This document shows positions 19,882-29,575 of a stretch of 35,787 bases of DNA, one piece after another. The stretch is taken from assembly GCA_946646575.1 (NCBI GenBank), contig CAMPCR010000004.1, forward strand, positions 1-35,787, written 5' to 3'. This DNA comes from an uncultured Verrucomicrobiota bacterium (GTDB lineage: Bacteria; Verrucomicrobiota; Verrucomicrobiia; Opitutales; UBA9783). The notes beneath the pieces are model-generated. The model was not told where the DNA came from. It did not search any database and was given only the letters and a program-made list of their open reading frames with translations. The translations under genes were made by a program, and so were the position numbers. Position 1 is the first letter of the stretch. Each line of letters opens with the position of its first letter.

Positions 19882-22257
19882 TTACTCAGGCAATTGTTTA
19901 AATGTTTGTCGAGTCCTTTCGATCAATGGGTTCAAAACATCTCTCGCATATTTTGGTACAAAATTTGCAATGCCGTTGGTGGTAAAGAAAGCAAGAGCGT
20001 TCTGTTTTTTCAATCTTTTAAAAACTTTTTTCGTTTGAGTCCAATGAATATCGCATAACCGCGGTTCCGAAATCGGGCAAACAGTCGCAATTTTTATATC
20101 GGGTGTAGCACCGCCGTGACAGCGGATGCGTTCACCGCTGTCTTCTTTTAAGAATACCGAATAATGATTTGTCATTCGGGGTGCTTCTTTTACTTTTCTC
20201 AAAAGAACGCCCCACTGGTTATCGGCTTTTATCCGCTCAAAAACCGGCAAAAACTTCGAATCGAGCTTTGGTAAATCGCGTTCTTCGTTGAAAAACAGTC
20301 GACAACGCAGATACTTCTCTAACCGCCATTTCGGATCTTTGGTTAAAGCCAAACCGTAATGAGATTCCTGTTGATCAAAAATTTCTATGCAATGTTTTTG
20401 TACCGACGGACGATTTTGCAAATCCGTCAATAACTGCGGTTGCGAAAAAACGGCTCTCGGCATGGCAAAAGTCGCTGCCGCCAGCCATTCGTCATATAAT
20501 TCTTCCGTTCCATGTTGACGTAACATTTCTAATAATTGAACCCAGGCGAATGTATGATATGGAAGGCACATAATTGCTTTCGTATAACAATCGATTGCCT
20601 TTGAGATATTGCTCAATGTTGCATGTAATGCACCGCAACTTTCCAAAATATCCGGCTGATTCGGGTTAATGTTCAGCGAATGTTCATAATACTTGAGCGC
20701 ACGCCGCATATGCGGTTCCGATTTCGGAAATCCGCAACAAACATTCCAATAGCCGCCGTGATTGTAGTAGTAGATGTTATGAGGATCTGCTTCAATGGCT
20801 TGTTGCAAAGCGGTTTCGCAATTTACATCACCCGCGTACGCCCGTTGAACGAATTTTTGAAAAAACCAACGCCCTTTTAAATCGCACGCACTGCAACCGA
20901 TGCATACCGCCAGTACCGCACCGATTATACCGGTGAGCAACGGCATTTTTCGGGAAATTCGTACCTCACCGGGATCCGTTCCCAAACATATAAGTGCGCC
21001 GAGCATGGGTGCAATCCAACCGCTTAACGCGAAACACTCCCATGAATCTTCGGAATTAAACAACAGATAAAGCAGCACACTCATCAAACAACCGAACAGA
21101 TATACATTTTGTTCCCGAGAAAGCGATTGAGAACGCAGGCGTTTCACAGCTTCCAGTACAATTATTAACAATAGGCATCCGAACGGAATGCCGCCAAACC
21201 ACCCGAACTCAAACAAAAACTGCACTGGCGCTACGTGCAGCTGCCAGCAGTGATGCACCGCTTCCGGTCGGGCTTCGAGATAATGCATCGGGATCGTGGT
21301 TATGCCGTGTCCGAACAACGGTTTTTGTTGCACCAGTTTCCACCCGTCCTGCGCCAGATAGCTGCGGGTACTCGCGAAGCCTTTGAAATCGCCTTTTACT
21401 ATGTGCTGGAATTTGCTTCGAATACGCTCCGTCTTCCATGCCGCCGTACAACATCCGATGCAACACACCGTCACAATGCTTACCTTCCAAAAGCGCTTCA
21501 ACTGCAGACGTTTCAAGCCGTACAACAGCCACCCCGTAACGGTAAGCGCACTGAGTCCCCATGCCATACGGCTTTTGGAGGAAAAGATAACCGCGAAAGC
21601 GTAGAAAAACCCGAGAAACCACAGCGTTTTTAAGCGTTTGCGCCGTTCCGCACACATCAAAGCGATAAAGAACGGCAAAACCAGTCCGCCAAAGTATCCC
21701 ATGTAATTGGAATAATCCAACGGGCAACGGACACGCTTGTAACTGATGAACAAAAATCGAAAGACGCTGTCGAGGTTGAAAAAGTAATCGCGAAACAGTA
21801 GCTTCCACGGGTAGATAAACCCCTCTCGTACTTGGTTGCAGGCAAGGCACAGGCAGACGGAAAAATGCAGAAACAATAACATACCGATGCCTAATAAACG
21901 CATTTTGTTCCTCACCGACACTCCGTTGTACGTCCAAAAGAGGTAACTGAAGGCAAATGACGCCAACAGAATATCGCATTCGCTGCCGGCACGAACAGGA
22001 TAATGACTTGCAAAAACAGACATCGTTATCGCCAAACCGAACCAAATGATAAGTCCGTTAAATACTTTTGAGTTTCGATGCACGGCATTCAGACAACGTC
22101 CTGCCGCAAGCAGGCAAAGCGTCAGGAATATGCCCTTAAACACAAAAGCATATTCGAGCAAAAATCGCCGTGTCGGATAAATGCTAGATAAAAAGAAATA
22201 AAATGTTGTCATCAGTAGCGACGGCAACCAGAAACGAAAGGATTTAAAACAAGGCAT
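19882..22257 (-). CDS. O-antigen ligase (Wzy_C) family membrane protein with C-terminal TPRs
   Basis: Polytopic N-terminal half with SKSRMAW, KPLFGHG and H..PVQFLFEFGWFG, followed by TPR helices. The start is uncertain (TTG 22284 or ATG 22257). Confidence 0.8.
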   Translation of the reverse strand: MPCFKSFRFWLPSLLMTTFYFFLSSIYPTRRFLLEYAFVFKGIFLTLCLLAAGRCLNAVHRNSKVFNGLIIWFGLAITMSVFASHYPVRAGSECDILLASFAFSYLFWTYNGVSVRNKMRLLGIGMLLFLHFSVCLCLACNQVREGFIYPWKLLFRDYFFNLDSVFRFLFISYKRVRCPLDYSNYMGYFGGLVLPFFIALMCAERRKRLKTLWFLGFFYAFAVIFSSKSRMAWGLSALTVTGWLLYGLKRLQLKRFWKVSIVTVCCIGCCTAAWKTERIRSKFQHIVKGDFKGFASTRSYLAQDGWKLVQQKPLFGHGITTIPMHYLEARPEAVHHCWQLHVAPVQFLFEFGWFGGIPFGCLLLIIVLEAVKRLRSQSLSREQNVYLFGCLMSVLLYLLFNSEDSWECFALSGWIAPMLGALICLGTDPGEVRISRKMPLLTGIIGAVLAVCIGCSACDLKGRWFFQKFVQRAYAGDVNCETALQQAIEADPHNIYYYNHGGYWNVCCGFPKSEPHMRRALKYYEHSLNINPNQPDILESCGALHATLSNISKAIDCYTKAIMCLPYHTFAWVQLLEMLRQHGTEELYDEWLAAATFAMPRAVFSQPQLLTDLQNRPSVQKHCIEIFDQQESHYGLALTKDPKWRLEKYLRCRLFFNEERDLPKLDSKFLPVFERIKADNQWGVLLRKVKEAPRMTNHYSVFLKEDSGERIRCHGGATPDIKIATVCPISEPRLCDIHWTQTKKVFKRLKKQNALAFFTTNGIANFVPKYARDVLNPLIERTRQTFKQLPE

Positions 22258-22617
22258 GAAAACAACGGAAATGCACTGCAACAAGTATCACAACGCTAAC
22301 AACTTTTCGCGTAAAGATATAAAGAATTCCTGTCAACCACAAACTCTAGAGAGACAAAGAAAATTGCATTTTTTTACCCCCATCCCATTTCGCTGCTTTT
22401 GTTATATCATGCGGTGTACCCCAAAACCACTTCCCTAGGAAGTGTTAAAATGGAAAGCGGAAAAGTGGATGTAGAAGTGAATTTACAGTATCCTAGGAAC
22501 TTTTAGTTGAGCTGGCGCCAGTTAGAGTAGCTTCCCCTTGTATGCCTCTTACATCATGTACTTCTTCCCGACGAATATTTTGGAAGGCAAGCCCTATCTC
22601 CCTCAACAGTGATTCAT

Positions 22618-23094
22618 TTACAACCTCAATCCCCTGCGACCGTTGGCGAGCTGTTCCTGCAACGCCTCCTGGAATTGGATCATGTCTTCCTGCGAAGGGC
22701 GGTAACCGATTTGCGTCGGGCTTAATGACAGCCGACCGAGCGCATCCAAGCCCCAGGTGGCCGTTTTGCCGTCGGAAAAGGTGACGGTTCCGTTGACGAC
22801 CTTGCCGGGACGCGTAACGGGATCGACGGAAACGCGCACCGTACCGCCGCCTTCGTCGACCACATCGCCTTCGAGCGGATCGTTCGCGTTTTGCGGCTTT
22901 TGTTCGGGTGCCGACGGCTTCGCTTCCGCCAATTCCAGCGCATAATCGTCCATCAGAAAACGCGTTTCCAGGTAGGTCAGGCGCGTTCCGAACATACTAT
23001 TGATATACGTTTGCAATTCGCCGACGGAGCGTACTTGCCGTGCCTGCGCGCGAATTTGTTCGATTTGTTCCGGCGTAAAACTCGGTTGGGACAT
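22618..23094 (-). CDS. conserved hypothetical protein (Verrucomicrobia-type)
   Basis: Well-formed ORF with LTYLETRFLMDD...VDPVTRPG..VNGTVTFSDG...W.LD..GRL...YRPS..D...FQ..LQ, which I recall as a verrucomicrobial family (not checked). Confidence 0.75.
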   Translation of the reverse strand: MSQPSFTPEQIEQIRAQARQVRSVGELQTYINSMFGTRLTYLETRFLMDDYALELAEAKPSAPEQKPQNANDPLEGDVVDEGGGTVRVSVDPVTRPGKVVNGTVTFSDGKTATWGLDALGRLSLSPTQIGYRPSQEDMIQFQEALQEQLANGRRGLRL

Positions 23095-23432
23095 GGTGTG
23101 AAAGATTGGTCACCTTTATCGTAAAATTTCCGAAAAAACATTCAAGCTTTTTGCCCGCGAAAAAAGCGATCGTTTCGGGTTTTGTCTTCGGATGACGGAC
23201 GACGTCGGAAGATTTTGGTGAACCGTTATAAATTCCGACGGTAAGCGGTTGTCGTTTTGCTGTTGCGGGAAACATACATAGATGTTTGGAGCGTGTGTCG
23301 GTGGGCAAAACAATTTTACATACTCCGCGAAAAAACGCGCGCAGGGATATTTTTCATCAGACAGGGTATCGTTATGCTCTTATCAGTCGGCATGAAGCAC
23401 TTCGGCGGCAGTTATCTGTTGTGTTCTGTAGG

Positions 23433-23464
23433 AAAAACATAAACCGCAACCCTTTCGGGTTCGG
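23433..23464 (-). terminator. intrinsic terminator after dnaA
   Basis: Minus strand CCG-AACCC-GAAA-GGGTT-GCGG followed by TTTATGTTTTT, about 20 nt past the dnaA stop. Confidence 0.6.
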
Positions 23465-23484
23465 GTGGACACAACGAAGTCGGT

Positions 23485-24834
23485 TCAATTCTTACGCACG
23501 AGCTTTTGTTGCAAAAACTGCAACGTTCGTTTGGTGGTCGGTTCCTGTTGTAATGCGGCTTCAACGGCTTTGCAGGCGTGAATAACGGTTCCGTGGTCGC
23601 GCCCGCCGAATGCCGCGCCGATTTCCTTCAGCGGTGCCGACGTCAAAACCCTGCACAGGTACATGGCGACCTGCCGCGGAAACGCCACTGTCTGCGGACG
23701 TTTTTTGCTCAGCAAATCCGCCGCGGAAACGTGATAAAATTCGCAAATTTGCTTCTGAATATCCTCAATGGTGACTTGTGCCGCGAGCTCTTCTTGGAAA
23801 ATATCGCAGAGAATGTCTTCGATTTTATCGAGCGACACATCCGTCGTATGAAGTAACTGCTGATAGCCGGCGATGCGGTTCAGCGCGCCTTCCATCCGAC
23901 GCACGTTTCGCGTGACGCGCTGCGCCAAAAATTCGATGGTCGGCGCATTGAGCGTCAAATGCATCGCCTGCGCCTTTTTAGTTAAAATCGCCACGCGCGT
24001 TTCGAAATCCGGTGCCTGAACGTCGCACACAAACCCCCATTGGAAGCGCGACACGAGACGACTTTCCAGGCTTGCGATTTCCGAAGCGGGACGGTCGCTG
24101 CACAGCACGAGCTGTTTTTGGGCTTCGAAAAGTTCGTTGAAGGTATGAAAAAACTCCTCTTGTATCCGCTCCTTGTGCGCCAAAAAATGAATGTCGTCAA
24201 TCAGCAGTACGTCGGCTTTGCGGTATTTGCGACGAAATTGTGTTAAACGATTGTCCTGGATGGCCTGAATAAATTCGTTGGTAAAACGCTCCGTCGTAAT
24301 GTAAATAACCTTTGCGTTCGGTTGATGTTGTCGCACGAAATGCCCGATCGCCTGCGTCAGATGGGTCTTCCCGAGCCCCGTGTTGCCGTAAATAAACAGC
24401 GGATTGTAGGCTTTCCCGGGCGCGTTTGCCACCGCTGTCGCCGCCGCATGTGCCAACTGATTGCCGGCACCCACCACAAACGTATCAAAAGTGTATTGCG
24501 GCGACAGTCCGTCTTTTGCCGGCGCGTGTGTTTCGGTTGCAGACGGCAGCGGGAGAGGCGCTTCTTTTACCGCTTCCTGCGCCGCCTCATCCGTCGGAAG
24601 TGCTTTGATTTCGAGGCGGATCGGGTGTCCCAGAATGTCGGAAACCTTCCGCTGCAACAAATCCCCGTAGTTATTTCTGAGCCACACCGCCGCAAAATCG
24701 CTGTTGGCAATCAATGTCCACTGGTTGTTTGCGGGTTCCTCCTCTGCCTGCAACGGTTGAAACCACGTCGCGTACAGATCCTGCGAAAAGAGATTTTTCA
24801 GATCCTGCTTTAACGTGTTCAACAGCGTATCCAT
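23485..24834 (-). CDS. dnaA: chromosomal replication initiator DnaA
   Basis: YTFDTFVVG, YNPLFIYGNTGLGKTHL, LLIDDI, QEEFFHTFN and FGGRDHGTVIHA motifs. Confidence 0.99.
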   Translation of the reverse strand: MDTLLNTLKQDLKNLFSQDLYATWFQPLQAEEEPANNQWTLIANSDFAAVWLRNNYGDLLQRKVSDILGHPIRLEIKALPTDEAAQEAVKEAPLPLPSATETHAPAKDGLSPQYTFDTFVVGAGNQLAHAAATAVANAPGKAYNPLFIYGNTGLGKTHLTQAIGHFVRQHQPNAKVIYITTERFTNEFIQAIQDNRLTQFRRKYRKADVLLIDDIHFLAHKERIQEEFFHTFNELFEAQKQLVLCSDRPASEIASLESRLVSRFQWGFVCDVQAPDFETRVAILTKKAQAMHLTLNAPTIEFLAQRVTRNVRRMEGALNRIAGYQQLLHTTDVSLDKIEDILCDIFQEELAAQVTIEDIQKQICEFYHVSAADLLSKKRPQTVAFPRQVAMYLCRVLTSAPLKEIGAAFGGRDHGTVIHACKAVEAALQQEPTTKRTLQFLQQKLVRKN

Positions 24835-24852
24835 GGAGGAAAATTCCGGAAG

Positions 24853-25089
24853 TTATTCACAATAAATTTCCCCGAAGGGAACCCGACGAACGGAACCATC
24901 GGCGTACTTGTTTCGCACCGTTCGAGCAAAAGATAAAATTTTTCTCAAAATCCCCGCAAAACCGCATCCGTAAGCGTTTTTTTGTAAAAAAACTTCGGCG
25001 ACGGCACGATCCATGAGACCCAGCACACCATCATAAAACTGCAATAGGGGAATGAGTGACAAGAAAAACTTATTTACAAGTTATTCACA
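24853..25089. promoter_or_regulatory. DnaA boxes upstream of dnaA (autoregulation or candidate oriC)
   Basis: TTATTCACA at 24853-24861 and 25081-25089, and TTATTTACA at 25070-25078. Confidence 0.7.
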
Positions 25090-25246
25090 TGATGAAGGAA
25101 GGGAGAAAAGAAGGGGAATTTTACAGGAGATTTTTTTAGCGGGCGACAAAACTGAGGAAAATTACACGGTCAACAATACCTCCGCTAATCGAACGAAGTG
25201 CACATACGTCATGTCGGATTGGTCTTGTCTGCCGGGAACCTCCCTT

Positions 25247-26104
25247 CTACATCCACTCCTCGGCTCTTCGTTTAGAAACTTCCCAGAGAAATGATTTCGG
25301 ATGTACCGCATGATGACAATAACGACAAAACGAAATCGGCTTGTTCAGAAAGTTTTGTAATTCTTTACCGCTGTATTTGTAAATATCCCAACCTTCGGGA
25401 ACTTCATGATTGGCATGGAAGTAGTTGTTCGCACGAAACACGTAACACGCCGGGCAGGTATAGAGCTTTCCGCGGTATAAATTAACGCAATCTTTGGACA
25501 TGCATCCCTTGAATGCCTGCTTAGGATCTTCCGTTCCGTTCGGAGAAAAAGGGGAAAAACTATGAAAACATTCGATATCCTCATTAGACATTTCGCCGAA
25601 TTCCAAAAGTGCACGATGTTTTTTGAGGTGTCCGTAAATTTCCGAAAACTTATCTTTCAGCGGCGGGTATTTGCTCCAATGAATGCGAATACGATATTGA
25701 CGCAACGTTTCCCAAAAATCATTCGGCATTTTCTGCAACAACAAACCGTTAGTCACGATAAAAATTCTCGAATGCGGATACGCTTCGCGTGTAACGCGCA
25801 TAAAATCATTGACCTGCGGGTGCAACAACGGTTCGCCGCCCATCAGGCGAATGGTGCGTATCGCCAATTTCTTCGAAAGAGTTCGTATATCCTTTGTATA
25901 TTGTTCCAAATCCGTGAACGTCGGTTCGGTCACCAACGGACAAAAGTGCGAACAGCTTTTACAGTTTAAATTACAGTGATCACACAGATGCGTCTCCAGA
26001 TATGGAATCCGGGGTTTGCCAAGATTCTGAAGGTAAAACCATACAACAAATGAACGATATTGCAAACTGCCAAACGCTCTGTCCAAAAATTTGTACAAAT
26101 TCAT
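25247..26104 (-). CDS. radical SAM protein
   Basis: CNLNCKSC (CxxxCxxC), GGEPLLHP and TNG motifs, with extra C-terminal Cys (SPASM-like). Start taken as ATG 26104. Confidence 0.9.
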   Translation of the reverse strand: MNLYKFLDRAFGSLQYRSFVVWFYLQNLGKPRIPYLETHLCDHCNLNCKSCSHFCPLVTEPTFTDLEQYTKDIRTLSKKLAIRTIRLMGGEPLLHPQVNDFMRVTREAYPHSRIFIVTNGLLLQKMPNDFWETLRQYRIRIHWSKYPPLKDKFSEIYGHLKKHRALLEFGEMSNEDIECFHSFSPFSPNGTEDPKQAFKGCMSKDCVNLYRGKLYTCPACYVFRANNYFHANHEVPEGWDIYKYSGKELQNFLNKPISFCRYCHHAVHPKSFLWEVSKRRAEEWM

Positions 26105-26295
26105 ATGCAACACTTGTTTTAATTAGAGCAAAATACAGCGTTCCGTTACAACTTTTTTCATTTAAAATCCTTGAATAATGTATTTCATCGGACAGAAAAT
26201 GAGAAATTTGTCTAAACACCGACGCTTCACCGCTGTGTCAGAAAAGGAAGTGCCAAAATCAGCAGGGACAGTTAAATTTCTCTTCCGCCTCCCCC

Positions 26296-26841
26296 TCAAT
26301 TTCTTCCCGGGTTTTCCGGTACGTACGGAACGTTCGGTGCAAACGGATAGAATTGCAACATGAGCGTTTCCCACAGGTGCGGTCGATCGGAGGCAAAAAC
26401 GGGTTTGAACGGGTACGGTGTCGGTAACCAGCGTTTGTTTTTCATTTCGTCGATGAGCTGATCGTCCTCCCACGTGACGTACCCGCGGTAAGCCTTGAAG
26501 GACATCTTCGGATGCTCGTCAACGCATTGTGCCAGTCTGTGCATATCCAAATCGAACTGCCAATGCAGGCGGTGGCGATCCGCATCGAGTTCCATTCCCG
26601 TCACGATAAGACGGTTCGGTTGCACGGGACCGCCGCAATAAACGGGGATGTTGTCCGACGCCGCGTGCGGAGAATTTTCAAAATCGCTCAGCATCAGATG
26701 TAACGGCTGATTCAGAATGAGCCCCGTTGCGCACGTCCCCTGACGGTGGATGAGGGCAACGACGGTTCGCTCGAACGGACTGCCTTTTTCGGCGTTCGCG
26801 AGCAAAACCATGCCGACCGGCGGTACAGGGAATTCTTCCAT
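26296..26841 (-). CDS. YqgE/AlgH family protein
   Basis: FERTVV, GLILNQP, VYCGGPV and GYVTW...QL..E motifs. Confidence 0.85.
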   Translation of the reverse strand: MEEFPVPPVGMVLLANAEKGSPFERTVVALIHRQGTCATGLILNQPLHLMLSDFENSPHAASDNIPVYCGGPVQPNRLIVTGMELDADRHRLHWQFDLDMHRLAQCVDEHPKMSFKAYRGYVTWEDDQLIDEMKNKRWLPTPYPFKPVFASDRPHLWETLMLQFYPFAPNVPYVPENPGRN

Positions 26842-26842
26842 C

Positions 26843-27310
26843 TTACTGAAAACGTTCCAACGGCACGTTTGCTTCGGCGAACAGCTCCGTTACCAGTGCG
26901 TCGTTGTGGTAATCCTCGTGAAAACAAACCGCCCGAATGCCTGCCGCCAACAGCAATTTTGCGCAGTGAATGCAGGGGAAATGCGTCACGTAGGCGGTTG
27001 CGTTTTGAACCGAAATTCCGCGACGCGCCGCATCGGTGACGGCGTTTTGTTCCGCATGCACCGTCAGCTGTTCGTGATTGTCGCGCACCACCGATCGATG
27101 CGGCAGTTTCGCCAAAAAGCCGTTGTACCCGGTGGCGATGATGCGTTCTTCTTCCGAGACCAATACGCAACCGACGTGCAATCGTTGGCAGGTCGAGCGT
27201 GCCGAAAGCAACCGTGCAACGGACATAAAATACAGTTGCCAGGAAGGGCGTTGCGGCAATCCGCGCACCCACGCCTTTAACGTTTCCAATTCGGCAATCT
27301 CCTCCGACAT
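26843..27310 (-). CDS. dCMP deaminase (ComEB-like)
   Basis: RPSW..YFM, RSTC.RLHVG, ATGYNG, HAEQNA and PCIHC motifs; start ATG 27310. Confidence 0.92.
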   Translation of the reverse strand: MSEEIAELETLKAWVRGLPQRPSWQLYFMSVARLLSARSTCQRLHVGCVLVSEEERIIATGYNGFLAKLPHRSVVRDNHEQLTVHAEQNAVTDAARRGISVQNATAYVTHFPCIHCAKLLLAAGIRAVCFHEDYHNDALVTELFAEANVPLERFQ

Positions 27311-27352
27311 TCGGTCTTTCGCTTTCTTTAAAAATTCTATACCCTCATAATC

Positions 27353-28018
27353 GTGGCAACAAGCCTTTCTTTGCCCTACCGCCTGACGACCGGAACGTTT
27401 CGGCGGATTTTCACGTTCGGATATCGACAACGTTGTTTCGGTTTGGAAAACGTTCCGAAGAGCGGCGGTTGTATTCTGGCGGGCAACCACGTCAGTTACC
27501 TCGATCCGCCGTGTTTTGCTTCCTTCTGCCCGCGCCAACCGGTCTGGTCGTTCGCACGTAAAACTCTTTTCAAACCCGGCATTGGTTGGTGGTTCCGCCG
27601 CCTTTACATGATTGGCGTCGATCGCGACAAAGGCAGCGATTTGCCAGCGTTTCGGCGGGTGTTGCAACTTCTAAAGGACGGACAGGTGGTTCAAATGTTT
27701 CCCGAGGGTACGCGGTCTCCGAACGGCGTGTTGCAACGCGGTAAGAAGGGCATCGGTTGGTTTATTTTAAAAGCAAATGTCCCCGTGGTACCGATGCGCA
27801 TTTTCGGAACCTTCGAAGCCTGGCCGAAGGGCAAGTGCCTGCCTTCCTTCAAGCCGCAACTGACGTTGGTGTTCGGGAAACCGTTGCCACCGGACGTTTT
27901 TGTGGATTGTAAAAACGAGGCGGATCCGTTTCAGGCGGCGAGCGATAAGGTCATGCAGGCGATTGCCAATTTATACCCGCCGTCCGAGGATATTTCAAAG
28001 AACAAACCGAGGAAGTAA
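27353..28018 (+). CDS. plsC: 1-acyl-sn-glycerol-3-phosphate acyltransferase
   Basis: NHVSYLD (HxxxxD) and FPEGTRS motifs. Confidence 0.9.
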   Translation: MATSLSLPYRLTTGTFRRIFTFGYRQRCFGLENVPKSGGCILAGNHVSYLDPPCFASFCPRQPVWSFARKTLFKPGIGWWFRRLYMIGVDRDKGSDLPAFRRVLQLLKDGQVVQMFPEGTRSPNGVLQRGKKGIGWFILKANVPVVPMRIFGTFEAWPKGKCLPSFKPQLTLVFGKPLPPDVFVDCKNEADPFQAASDKVMQAIANLYPPSEDISKNKPRK

Positions 28019-28034
28019 TCGTTTTTTAACCGAC

Positions 28035-29408
28035 ATGTTGCACGACGCTTCGCTGTTGATTGTCGATGACGAAAAGAACACGCGCGACGGGCTGGCGTTG
28101 GCGTTTTCACAAAAGTTTGAGGTTTTTACCGCCGAAAATCCCGAGGAAGCGTTGCGGTTGATGACCGATAAAGCGTTGTCTTTTGATGTCATTTTGACGG
28201 ATTTGCGCATGGGGCGCGACAGCGGTTTGACCGTCGTGCAACGGGCATTGCGGCTTCCGAACAAGCCGGCGTGCATTTTGATGACCGCCTACGGAACCGT
28301 CGAAACCGCCGTGGAAGCCATGAAGCAGGGTGCGTACGATTTCGTCGCGAAGCCCGTTTCGCTGGAAAAACTGGAATGTTTGGTGGCGCGCGCGATGGCA
28401 GATCGGCAGTCGGCAAAAGCCGTTGAAACCGCAGCAACACCGTTCGCAATGCTTGGGACTTCGCCGGCGTTTCGGGAACTGATGCAAAAAATTCAACGCG
28501 TTGCGCCCGCAAAAACGACGGTTCTCATCACGGGCGAAACGGGTACCGGCAAGGAATTGGCGGCGCATCAACTGCACGCGCTCAGTTTGCGCGCGGATAA
28601 AACCTTTGTTCCCGTTCACTGCGCCGCTTTGCCGTCGCATCTGCTGGAGTCGGAACTGTTCGGACACGAGCGCGGTGCCTTTACGGGCGCGTTGCAACGA
28701 CATATCGGTTGGTTTGAGAGCGCAAACAAGGGCACTTTATTCTTGGACGAAATCGGCGAAATTCCGCTTAACGTACAAGTCAAACTGCTGCGTTTTCTGG
28801 AAACCAAATCCGTCGAACGTCTCGGAAGTACGCAATCGATCCCGTTGGACGTACGTTTGGTTTGTGCCACCAACCGCAATTTGCCGAATGAAATTAAGGC
28901 GGGACGTTTCCGGGAGGATTTGTATTATCGTCTGAATGTCGTCGAGTTGCATCTCCCGCCGTTGCGCGAACGCACCGAGGACATTGAGGTGTTATTGAAG
29001 CACTATCTGAATTTCTTTGCCAAAGAAAATCATCTTCCGACGCCGAAGATTTCCGACGACGTGCTTTCGATTTTGCAACGTTACCTGTGGCCGGGGAATA
29101 TTCGGGAATTGCGGAATTTTGCGGAAAATACCGTTATCATGCATTCGGGGCATACGCTGGAAGCAGGCGATTTGGATCCGAAATTTACCGCCGCCGTCTC
29201 AACGCCTCCCGTCGCCGCGACAACATCCGTTTCGGGCGTTGTTGTTCCCGCCATTCCGACCCCGACAGCCTTTTCCCCCGAAAACGAAAAGGCGCAACTC
29301 GCGGCGGCACTTGCCAAAACCCGCGGCAATCGTTCCGAGGCGGCGCGTCTGCTCAATATGCCGCGGCGCACCTTCTACCGAAAACTCGAAAAGTTCGGGT
29401 TGTTGTAA
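28035..29408 (+). CDS. sigma-54-dependent response regulator (NtrC family: REC-AAA+-Fis HTH)
   Basis: LIVDD...DLRM receiver domain, GETGTGKE, GAFTGA, FREDLYYRL, WPGNIREL and a C-terminal HTH; start ATG 28035. Confidence 0.95.
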   Translation: MLHDASLLIVDDEKNTRDGLALAFSQKFEVFTAENPEEALRLMTDKALSFDVILTDLRMGRDSGLTVVQRALRLPNKPACILMTAYGTVETAVEAMKQGAYDFVAKPVSLEKLECLVARAMADRQSAKAVETAATPFAMLGTSPAFRELMQKIQRVAPAKTTVLITGETGTGKELAAHQLHALSLRADKTFVPVHCAALPSHLLESELFGHERGAFTGALQRHIGWFESANKGTLFLDEIGEIPLNVQVKLLRFLETKSVERLGSTQSIPLDVRLVCATNRNLPNEIKAGRFREDLYYRLNVVELHLPPLRERTEDIEVLLKHYLNFFAKENHLPTPKISDDVLSILQRYLWPGNIRELRNFAENTVIMHSGHTLEAGDLDPKFTAAVSTPPVAATTSVSGVVVPAIPTPTAFSPENEKAQLAAALAKTRGNRSEAARLLNMPRRTFYRKLEKFGLL

Positions 29409-29575
29409 CGAGAGCAACTTTGATTGCGATTGAGAAAACATTGCTCTACGGAGCTATGATCATTTCTGCAAAACGATTCTCTCGTTTGCGCATTCCGGCG
29501 ATTGAAACAAAAGGGAGGTAGTAAATTGTTTTTTGCTTGACATATATTTTTATATTTCATAAAAGTTTTTTGATT

